Made by a program: the position numbers and the translations under genes
Part shown: piece by piece, positions 49,813 through 60,140 of the stretch
Position numbering within the stretch: position 1 is the first letter of the stretch
Layout of the letters: every line of letters starts with the position of its first letter
The notes under the pieces: model-generated
Seen by the model: only the letters and a program-made list of their open reading frames with translations
What the model was told of the DNA's origin: nothing
Databases searched by the model: none
NCBI GenBank assembly: GCA_976551045.1
Contig: CDPCPM010000054.1
Span: 24,366,001 to 24,430,000 of the forward strand
Origin: Glaucostegus cemiculus
Taxonomy: Eukaryota
Direction: 5' to 3'
DNA: 64,000 bases

Positions 49813-49972
49813 GATGACGCAAGGTTTGAAAAATTAATGTATATCATTCCCCTTCCAAAAGTAACTGTGATGATCAAGAGATTATGCAATGAGTCAGAGG
49901 GGGTTTCTGGGAATATTAGCAATGAAATTGTTTCAATGTTAAATTACTAGGGCGCACTGTGAAACGGAAGCT
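49813..49972. promoter_or_regulatory. Cluster of TF-motif matches (ATF-C/EBP, C/EBP, AP-1, STAT, ETS)
   Basis: TGACGCAA 49815-49822, ATTATGCAAT 49881-49890, TGAGTCA 49890-49896, TTCTGGGAA 49905-49913, ACGGAAGC ~49964-49971. Confidence 0.5.
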
Positions 49973-50124
49973 GCTGGCATAATCCAGCGCCAGGGTTTAT
50001 TCCCGTTCCCTCCTCGCTTTTTGAAAGCAGCATCAGAGCAAGGTTTAAATCGGTTTGCCATTTGGCGGAGCTCTGTTTGTAAGCAAACATTTTTTTCTCA
50101 CTGTTTCGCCAGCTTGCATGCCAA

Positions 50125-50154
50125 GGGGAGGGGAGGGGAGGGGAGGGGTGGGGG
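50125..50154 (+). promoter_or_regulatory. (GGGGA)n G-quadruplex-capable / SP-KLF-MAZ-type tract
   Basis: Six runs of at least 4 G separated by single bases. Confidence 0.7.
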
Positions 50155-50519
50155 AGAAAAGAGGGGCAAGAGTATTTTGGGGATAGTGGTGACAGGGAGG
50201 TCGAGGAAGGAAGTGGGGCAGCTTTGTTTAACAAGGGCATTTCTCTCTCTCTCTCCCTCTCCGTGTGGAGTGTGGGATTGTATGGAAGGGAGCGCCGGGC
50301 TCTTGAAGGAAGACGAAACATAAGGGAAGAGGGAGGAGGAGGAGGGCAAAATAAAATCAAGGGAGAAATAACTGGATACAAGAAAAGCCCAGAGCGGTTG
50401 CGAGTTGGACTGCGGCACACGGAGAGGGGCACGGGAGAGTGATTGGGAAGGCTGCGGGCTGCGAAGTCTTGCACATACGGACAGGCTTTCGAAGGGGGGA
50501 AAGTGTCCAGGAGCGAGAG

Positions 50520-50815
50520 GCGGAGCAGAGCAGCCGGCACCCCCCATCCGAATGGCAGCTTGCGACAGGTCCCCGGTGCACCATCCGCCGGCGAGAGGGA
50601 GCTGCACACAGTGAACGGCCGCCGCCTTCCTCCGCCGGAACACAGGGAGGAGAAGGTGGAGACGCGAATGGAGCCCAGTCGCATCTGGGGTTGAGCGGAG
50701 GACGTCGGTTGTGCCCGCTCAGTGCATGCACAGGGTTGCCTCGCCGTCTCTGGAACCAAGATCTCTACCCAACAGGGGCTTATCTTCCCGCAGGAGAGCC
50801 TAGCTAAGCTCTGTG
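50520..50815 (+). other. Putative non-coding first exon of an unidentified gene (start approximate)
   Basis: Follows a reverse CCAAT (gattgg ~50441) and a GC-box-like gaggcggag (~50517); ends at donor GTG|GTAAGA where GC content falls; the ATGs inside open only short ORFs. Confidence 0.5.
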
Positions 50816-53800
50816 GTAAGAATAAAGGGATGCACTTGTGTACCCCCCACACACACACACCATCTATACGGACCGCGTCTTTCATTTCCAGCCTTCCTAC
50901 ATTCATTGCATTCACTTCATCTTCGTTGCGCGCACACTCTCTTGCTTCAGATTTTATGCCTTAATAGCCCTTTCTCTCTCTCCCTAAGCCGGTTGTTTTG
51001 TGAATTCCCTGCTCATTGTGTGTTGGATGTGCTCCTCTTCCCATTCGCACGTCGTTCTAATGGGAAACCGGCCGTATTTCATTTACGGGTTGATTCTTCG
51101 CGTACCAAGGTGCGGAAAACACGTTCCTTCATGATGTTAGGAATACTAATGCAGGAACAGATGTTCCGTACGGAAATGTGGCTTCCCTATTTTTGGGATT
51201 TTCGGATGAGCGATGGCTTGTAGAAACCTCGGATTTCGGAATGCTGTGTATTTTACAGTGGTGCCTCACTATTAAGGGCGAAGGTAGGGTGCAGTTCATA
51301 GCACAGGGTTAGAGTTGGAATATATTGGATGTGTTGGAAAATGGGGAGTGTGGGACCCTCAGGGAAACGATGCTTTCTGCTGGTGTCGACCACGCCGTGT
51401 GAGCTTCATCGTATTTATTCACGTTAACCATTACTTTCGTAATGGCATCCGTCTGACTTGTAAAAGAATGTCACGGGCTTCTGTCGCTGGTGCTTGCGAT
51501 CAAAATCCCATTCAGCATTTCAAATTAATACTGGATTGTAACCTCAACGTTTCTAGTCGGCTGTGCGCTCCACAGTGCAACCAACATGAAATAAATGGTC
51601 ACTCAAAACCTTTTATTAGTTATGAATGAACGTGTGCATGTTAAAGTGCGTGGGAGACTTCAGTTGCATTGAGACACGTATTTACGTTTTTTTTATTGCT
51701 ATTGTTAGTTTTTGACAATGCAGCGAGTTTTACTTTTAATAAGTAGATCCAGTGGAGGCGGTTTTGGTAAAGTGTTACTTGCTCAGCAGTTTGTGTTGAG
51801 TAGAGAAACAGTATTGTCTTGGTAACTCTGCATTAACTTAAGCCTGTGAGAATGGCGAGGAGCTGGTAGGTTTTTTTTGATGTTCTGCTTGGCTGACTAA
51901 CCTGAATACTAAAAAGCATTCCATCAGCAGCTGACCCTGTTAGCAGTTTTTCAATGGCACCCTGTTTTCTAAAGCTATTGCAAGGGTCCAAGGAAGAAGA
52001 AAGGGAGCCCGGTAGTTCACTCTGAATAGCTCTTAGTGCCAGCAGGTTAGGGAGTCGGGACCAGATAGTGCTACCTCTTTGTAAGGGGAACTATCCACCA
52101 TTACTGCTGCAGTAGCTGTCATTCTATCGATTGTAACCGGGGGCAAATTCTACTCATTTAACTTGAACCGTGGAAAGACAGAGCTTATTTTATTATATGG
52201 TGTGATCAAATGGACGGGAAGATTCGAGTGTCATTATCTTGTGTCATTTTAAGCAAATCATGCACTTGTGCTAAAGTGAATTTCTTCCCCGTGGACTGAA
52301 CTACATTCACGACTGCTCCGTAATTTTATTTAACCCTGGTGGGTGAGGTAGTGATTTGAAAAATTGGAATGTTTGCATTAAGGTTGTAGGACTTCAACCT
52401 GTTGTAATTGCAATTGAAAGTGGTTTGAGGATTGTACATTAGGATTGGTACGACAATCCATATTTCGTCAGTTTACATTAGGAGTTTGTAAACTACTGAT
52501 TTCAGCTATGTTCAGTTCAGTGATGGAAGTGTGCAGGATTAGTACAGCCAAATAACATCAGGACAAAGGGGTTTTGCATGAGAATTTTATTTTTGCCTTG
52601 CCTTTTTCCCTTATAAGAATAGTTCATGTATTATTACTAATGATGAATACTGAACTCTGAAATAGACCAGTGCACGTTCTAGTCCTTGTCTTGAACACAA
52701 CCACTTTGAAGTAGATTATTCAGGATGCTTGGCTGAATGCATATTTATATCCTGTAGTGAGGAAAAAAGTATTGAAGGATTTGAATAATTTTATTAAGAT
52801 GAGATTTTTGTTTGGCAAACCCACTGTGTGGTCAAAAAGACAGTCCTGTTGTTTTGGAATCTATTCCCATATTGGATGTAGTAAATAATTGGGAAGGAAA
52901 TTTATTCATAACATGAGTGGGCATTGATTCCAAAGAATATTACAAAACTTCAGGAAATGGATTGGAATGAAGCCACTGTACATAAATTAAAACCCGGACG
53001 AGGGCTCCACAGGACTTTCTCTTTTCTCCATGGTCTTTGAGCCTGTTCATTTTTCTTTTTTAAAAAAAAAAGCACCTCAGATGGCCAGAGGTAGTTTGAA
53101 CCATATTGTTGGATTTTTGGAAGAGAATGTAAATCATGAATGGAGAAGTTCATCTCACAGTTCTCCAGAACGAGTTCTTATCCACCTTTTGGGATCTGAA
53201 AGAGAGAACAGTTCACAGCTTGTATTAAATATTAATGTGTTTGTCCATCTAGCTTTAATCCTTTTCTGTTTTCTGATCTCTAGTTTGTCGAAGGCTGTTT
53301 AGTTTCTAATCAAAGCCTGAGGTATCTTTTATCTTTATTTTTAGGATTTAATCCACTTGGTTTCAAGTTTACTGATGAATGAAGAGCCGATGAATGACTT
53401 AAGGCTTTTTCCAAATGGGCACAATTTTGAAATGTTACCTTCACCCCTCATTTAAACCTAGTGAACAGAGTCGATATTTGTTTGTGCACTAATGATCACT
53501 TGTTTAAAGGTAAAGTTTGACCTTGCTGAAAATAACTACCAGCCAGCTTGACTTTAACGTCTCATTTCTGATAGGAGAGTGAATAAGAATCTTTCATTTA
53601 ATGATTTAAGCTCTAGCCTGTAGTCATGAATATTTTCAGTTCTGTCATGTTATTTCATAAGATGGAAGGAATAGTCAGTTGAACACTACAGCACTAAATT
53701 CATACAGCCATTGGTTAGTGTGGCTTTGTATTACTAGATCTTGGAACTAGCTCCAGGCTGTTTATTCTGAATGGAAAGGCCTCAAAAGATGGCTCATTAA

Positions 53801-54819
53801 ACTCATTTTATCCTCCAAATCTGTTCTGTTTGCACAACGCTAACTGCTGGGTTGGTTACAAGATGATTTCAACCAAATTTGGTTGATTATTTGGTTGAGA
53901 TCATTCACTGAGACATGATAACTTATCTGTAAATGCTGTTCTTGTGATTTATGGATTTTTTTTGTTTTTGGACAGAAAGTCAGCTTTGATATCTTGCACA
54001 AGAACATTAGATCATCCTTTGTGCAGTTGAAAGTGACGCACAATGCTTCATGCTAATCTTTTGAAAAGACTGCCAATAAAAGCTGAATGATTAAATTCTT
54101 GAGCAGTAGTGTGTTGTAATGAGTAGAAGGAGGAAGGTAGGGTTTACTGGTATTTGTTTCTTTGCTCTCTCATATGTGAAAATGCAAAAAGTGCCGTCAC
54201 AGTGACATTTCTCCTTTTTCTGTACACATTAACCTGGACTTTAAGAATTAACAAGGTGCTGATGGATTGTTGAGTCCCATTATTGGTTTAGAAATAGTCA
54301 TTTTTCGTGTCTTTTTGGCACACTCTAGTAACTGCCTGGGGTGGATGTGGGGAGTGGTGAAAGAACAACATTTCAGGAATGTGCAAACAAATCGACGTTT
54401 TAAGGCATTTTTGCTGAGGGATAAAGTTCAGATACGATTGTGGTTAAATTGGGTTGTTATCTGGAGAGAAGCAATTGAGTAAATTGAAGCGGGCAAAAGT
54501 GATGAATAATAACCAGTATCACAATGTTTTGTCAGTTCATTTTACCGTAGGTTAAGAAGTTGCAGTATGGAAATGGGTCATGTGGCCTGCCCTCTCTGAG
54601 TGGAACTTCACTCCCGTCTGTCTGGGTGGAATTTCATTCCCAGCCTGTCTGAGCGGGAAGCAGGCCTAGTCACTGTTACCCATGGCATTCCATGTTACCT
54701 TTACCCTTTCCCTACACTTGCCTCTGCAGAAACTGCTGCATGTAAATCACCTGCTATGTTTCTGAAAAATCCATCTCATTGCATTCCTGATCTACAAATA
54801 ATGAAGCAGTCACTCCCCA

Positions 54820-55560
54820 TAGACAGCAAGTCCTGGATTACAGTAACAGCCAGACCACAGAACTACTTGTCAATGACAACCAACATCAGAAGGGACTCCA
54901 TTGTTCAATGTTGCCAAGCTTCACTGCTGTCAGTGTCCTTGAGTGGAGGTAGGGGTTCACCGTTGACCAGAAACAGAATTGGATTGGCCTCATAATTACT
55001 TGGGCTACGTGTGTAGATCAAAAGTTTGGTAATACGCTGTGACTAACTCAACTCCTGATTCGTCAATACCTTTTTACCGTCAACAAGACACAAGTCAGGA
55101 TTGTGAAAGGGTGCGCTCTTGCCTGGATGTTTTGGATTGACACCCTTCATCAGGTCTGAAAGATAAGTCCTGTAGAATCAATACATTATGTATAATGTGG
55201 CACGGCAGTGATGAATGTGAAAGGATGCACTCTTGCCTGGTTGGGTGTAGCTCCAACCACACTGAAAGATCAGCACTATCCAGGGCAAAGCAGCTCATTT
55301 GATCAGTATGCAATTCACTGTCATAATATGCATTAACTGCTTTGCCAGCATTTTCTGCTTGAAGTGTGCACCTTCCGTAAGATGCAGTGCAGTACCTTGC
55401 CAAGGTTTCATTCATAGCCTCCCAAATTTGTGACATCTGCCTAGCTGGACAAGCTTGCTTCCATTTGCAAATTGTCTTTGAAGCCATACAGCTTCCTGAT
55501 TTGGAAACATATAGGTGTTCCTTTATATTGATGAAAGTACTGGAACTCCTGACCTAACAG
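54820..55560 (+). mobile_element. Old degenerate LINE 3' fragment
   Basis: ggggttcaccgttgaccagaaacagaattgga...caagtcagga...cttgcctgg...agctccaaccacactg...atccagggcaaagcagctcatttgat; same family as 58850-59880. Confidence 0.55.
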
Positions 55561-55699
55561 CAATGTTTGGGTGTCTTCACGAGAGACTCAGAGTGATACG
55601 GGAACCTGGCATCAGGATTAGACTATATGGGCTTCCATTGACTGTCTAGTCTGTGACTCTAGTTCATGTGACTGCCTTTTCATGTGTTCGCAAGTTCTT

Positions 55700-56560
55700 G
55701 GGTTAGCAAAAAATATAGCTCTCTCAGATTTAAAGCTAACAATTAACCAAACACTAATTGTCATTTACAGAAGAGAATTCCAAAATTTGCCACTCTCTCA
55801 ATATTGAGACATTTCCTAACATCACCCCCAAATTTTTAGATTCTCCAACCAGTGGGTAACCCTATAAATTTATCTCAATATATTAAACTGAACAAGTCAT
55901 CCTAAAGTATTCTAAGATTCCAGTGACTACCTCTCCAGTTTTTGATATCGCTTGTAGCTTGGCTAGCATCCTGTTTAGTACACACTTACCAACCTCCCAA
56001 ACCAGTATATCATTGGAGACAATAAATTCTCCATATTTGTTCTAGTCAAGGCTCTTGTTAGATTATACCCATGACATTTAACAACTGAGGTGCATAAATC
56101 CCAAAGTCTGTTTTGGATCCCAGTTGTTTCTAGGTTTTCACTGTTTTAGAAATTACTCATTCTAAAGTTGAAGTCTAAAGTAAATAATCCCATATTTGCC
56201 TACACTGAAATTCACTTGCCACAGTTTCCTCTAATTACTCAAGCATTATTAATAGCTCTTTCTAATTTAATGCTTCAGTGCTTGCTATCTTTCTGTCATT
56301 GGCAAACCTGGATACATGGCTTTCTGTTCCATCGTCTGAATCATTTATAAATATTGTGAATAATTGTGGCCCAACAGGTACTTGTGGGACACCACCAGTC
56401 AGATCCTGCCAATTTGAATACCTGCTCATTAATCTTGCTCTTTCTCCTGTCAACCAGTTTCTCAGTCAGGTCAGTAAATTGTCATCAATTCAATGAGCTC
56501 CCACTTTAACTAAATCTCTTATGAGGGACTTTGAAAGATGAACTTCCAGAAGATATAAAA
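55700..56560 (-). mobile_element. Old CR1 relic
   Basis: ORF 56262..56453 YSNWQDLTGGVPQ..GPQLFTIFINDSDDG..SRFANDRKI (decayed RT motifs). Confidence 0.75.
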
Positions 56561-57524
56561 CATAACATCTTTAGGCATTTTATTATGATAAGAAATGAAT
56601 CAAAAAGAAAATGAATGGGGAAAATTGGCCTTTTTGATGATCCATGTATCCCATGACTGAAGGTATTTTAGGGAAAAAATATTGCTCTAAGAGTACTTGG
56701 TGAAATATTTATGAACTTTCGGGGTAGCATAGGATGTTCTAAATACAACATTTTGCTCTCCATCAGCTATTCAAACCAATCTCAAACATATACATTGTTT
56801 CTGCCTCAGCTGTTAATTCACTTCTAGCCTTTAGTTGCAGGAACAAACCTTTCTGATGTGCTTGAAATTGTGGCATAATTGGAGATTGATTGTTGGTAAG
56901 CGTGGAATGTTTTCCAAAGAGAGGGGAAGCCATTACTATGTGAAGAAAATGCAAATAAAGTCTTCTGTGAACTGTGTCAGGTGTTTCTAAAACCTGGTTT
57001 GTGCATTGTGGATGCTTTGGTTTGATTTTTAGCCTGAGAATTTGGATTTGCAAAATTATTTGATCATGGCTAGAAGTACTTCATTAGTAGAGTTCTGTTT
57101 AGAATGATGGCAATTCATCCTTGGGCGTTTGTACTTGGCACAAGGTGCATATTTTTTCTCTTCCCATTTGCAGTTGATGAAAGTACACCGAGGGAATTTA
57201 TTGAAGCTATTTACTTGATTTGCATATCTGCTTGACCTTAATGTAGAATCACAGTGATTGCAAACAAAATTCTCCAGTAGGGGAGCAGGCTCCCTATTTC
57301 ATTTCCATTGTTTTTGCAATGTGAAGAACCAAAATTATATCCCTTATTGCAATTTAAAAGTAGGCTGCCCATCATATTGCTGCAGATGTCAGTGTTTTTT
57401 TGCCTTGATTCATATCATGTTAGTGTCTGAGGTCTGACAAGCATTAAAGTGTGCAGTACATAATTATGTTGGCTATTAATTGTAAAATTACATATAATTT
57501 TATTGTTACCCTAAACCTGTGTGA

Positions 57525-57667
57525 AACCTGTCCTGATGAAGGGGCTTCGCCCAAAACGTTGACTGTTCACTTCCCTCCATAGATGCTGCCTGACCTGCTG
57601 AGTTCCTTCAGCATTTTGTATGTGTTGCTTTAGATTTCCAGCATCTGCAGTCTCTCTTGTATCTCCT
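57525..57667 (+). mobile_element. Penelope-like terminal repeat with the best-preserved hammerhead core
   Basis: gtcCTGATGAaggggcttcgcccAAAAcgttgactg...gatgctgcctgacctgctgagttccttcagc...tttccagcatctgcagtctcttgt. Confidence 0.75.
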
Positions 57668-58849
57668 TTATGAAATTGTTGCTTTGGGATAAGAGTGTAC
57701 AATCATACAAGGTACTTTTTTAATTTAAAAAATTAAGCTTGCCCTTTACACTTGCTCTTCTTAAAAAGTCATGCCTATATGTATGGGTCTGTGCTTTCGT
57801 GAATGTATTATGGTCTGAAATTGAGTGTGAAAGCAACCTAAATTTCTTACCCAAATAGTCATACTGCTAATGTTGTCGATTTAACCTATTTGCAATGATT
57901 TTGTTTGTCACTTTCTCACCACTGTGCCTTGTCAGCCTGACCTGGCTTGCTTTTACCTCTGCGTGGAGTGCAAGTGATTGCTGATTAGTGACTTTAGTGA
58001 CTTGGTTCCTTGTTGGAAATTTTCTGCTATATATTAGATCTGTGAGTTCATCCAGTGCATTATCCCACTTAGCAAAGATGACATCTGGATTCCTCCAAAA
58101 AAAAAAAAATGCTCACTCTAATGGGTAAGGGTGAAAGGTCACTTTCGTAATACATCCTTTTCCCATCTTCCATTTTCTCATTTGATAACTTATGGAGATT
58201 TGCACATCTGTACTATGTCAAACAGCTGAGTGTGGAATTGGATCTATTTACAGTGGTTGTGGGGAAAGAAGAAGCGGATGGAACTAATCTCTTTCAAAAA
58301 TGTCAGCACAAGCACGAGGGGCTAGATTGACATCCTTCTCTGTGTTCCATTTGATGGACTTGTGTGAGACAAGCCCACTTGTATCACTCTCCATTGAAAA
58401 TGACGCTGGCAGTGTTAAGTCAGTGTTGAATCCATTGTTATTGATATTAGCACCGCCTTGCTCTTTATTTAATTGCTTATATTTCCTTGATAAACCTTAG
58501 TGGTGCAGTCAGCGTCTCAAATGAAAACACTTGCTAGATATTAGTGTGAAAAGAAATGATTGAAGACTAAATTAGAGCTATGTTTCGTCGTGTTGGTTGT
58601 CAAGCCCGTTACAATTTGGCGTATTCTCGCTTTAATAAGCTTTATCCTCCTGTGCTTGTGCACTTGGCTTCTTTTGATGCAAATTTGACTTGCATACTAA
58701 ACCAATGCTTTTGAAAGCCAAAGAAATAATTAAAAATTCAAACTGACATTTGTGCATGGGGGATGGGGGAGAGAAGGAATAGGTTTAAGAATGACCCAAA
58801 TAAAGAAACCCTTTATTTTCTGTTTTCTTTCATTAGACCAAGGGTTTTG

Positions 58850-59880
58850 TAAGGAATTCCCAAGGGTTATTTACGCAGTCACATTTTTTGTATTATTATG
58901 GAACATCCTAATAGAATCAAGGAGGAAAGGCTGGAATTATACCTTGCATGAAGGAAAACCATTCCATTGGTTAAAAGTAAATCACCTCAAACTCAGGATG
59001 TCACCACAGGAATTCCTCAGGGACTGTCCTGGACCCAACCGGTTTTGGATCGTATGTCTGTCACTGTTCTTCCATCAGAAAGTCAGAAATGGAGATGTTC
59101 TGTAGCATTTGCAACTCCTTAGGTAAAGAAGCTTCTGTGCCTGAATTTGGCAAGACCCAGGCAACATTTGGACATGGGTTTAAAAAGTGCCAGGCAATGA
59201 TCAGTTCCAATGAGAGAGAGAGAGAGAGTTTACTATGACCTCTTGATATTCAGTGGCATTACTATTAAGTAATTTCCCTTCATACCCCTCTCCCTCTTCA
59301 ACCCCACTCTCCAAATCTCTATTGACCAGTCACACAGGTTCTGAAGCAACAACTATCAATTACATTAAATAAAACCATGGCTACAGGAAATGGGTGTCCT
59401 AAAGTAAGTGACACCCCAGAGCTTATCCATTATTTACAAGGTACAGGTTGGGAGTGTGATAAACTAGCCTAGATCAGTGCAGATCCACTATCACATGGAG
59501 TTCAACATAATATGTTTGATTGTTACCTCTTCCTTCAACCAATAGGGACACAACATAGCTTCATGCGTCATCTACAAAACATGCTGCAGAACTTGCTGAA
59601 ACATTGTGGACGGTCCCTCCTGGTCCTTGATTCTTGCACCAAGATGGTGAAGGAGTCGCAAATGTTTGGGTGAATTGCCACCTGCAGGTTCCCCTCAAGT
59701 TTGACTATGATCCGAATGCGAAAATATGTTGGTGTTCCTTTTCATTGTGGGGACGCCCTATTCAACACCGTCACCAAAAGAACTACAGCAGTTCAAGAAG
59801 GTGGCTTACCACTTCCTTAAAGGTAATTAGGAATGGGTGATAAATGTTGATTGGCCAATGCCATCCTTATCCTGTAAATG
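58850..59880 (+). mobile_element. Old degenerate LINE (RT to 3' end)
   Basis: caggaattcctcagggactgtcctggacccaacc (G.PQG.VLGP-like), gtcagaaatggagatgttc, 3' end gcagttcaagaaggtggcttaccac...aattaggaatggg. Confidence 0.6.
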
Positions 59881-59894
59881 AATATTAGACATCA

Positions 59895-60140
59895 GACTCT
59901 TGAGTGGATCTCTTGAAGAACTATTGATCTCCCAGTCTACCTCGTTGTGGCCCTTGTACTTTATTTGTCTACCTGCACTACACTTTCTTTATAGCTACTA
60001 CACTATATTCTGTTTTCTTTTTAATATCTTGATGTACTTGTATATAGAATGACCTGCCTGGTTGACGTGCAAACAAAGCTTTTCACTGTATCTCAGTACA
60101 CATGATAATAATAAACCAACAGCAAAACCAATTCCAATAC
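59895..60140 (+). mobile_element. Rex/Babar-type 3' tail
   Basis: ctacctcgttgtggcccttg...aaacaaagcttttcactgtatctcagtacacatgataataataaacc. Confidence 0.75.

Larger units (their letters stand above)
48680..51500. promoter_or_regulatory. CpG island / promoter region
   Basis: Abrupt rise in CpG frequency against a CpG-depleted background, densest at 48700-49200 and 50380-50760; no recognisable transposon inside. Confidence 0.8.

Noticed and set aside
49947-50915. 322-aa minus-strand ORF and overlapping ORFs in the CpG island
   Set aside because: Low-complexity P/S/R-rich translation with no recognisable domain; several frames are open on both strands because GC-rich DNA has few stops
57151-57260. 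Strong acceptor-like site (ttttttctcttcccatttgcag) as exon 2
   Set aside because: The reading frames I checked after it stop within about 20 codons and I see no clear donor; cannot be supported without transcripts
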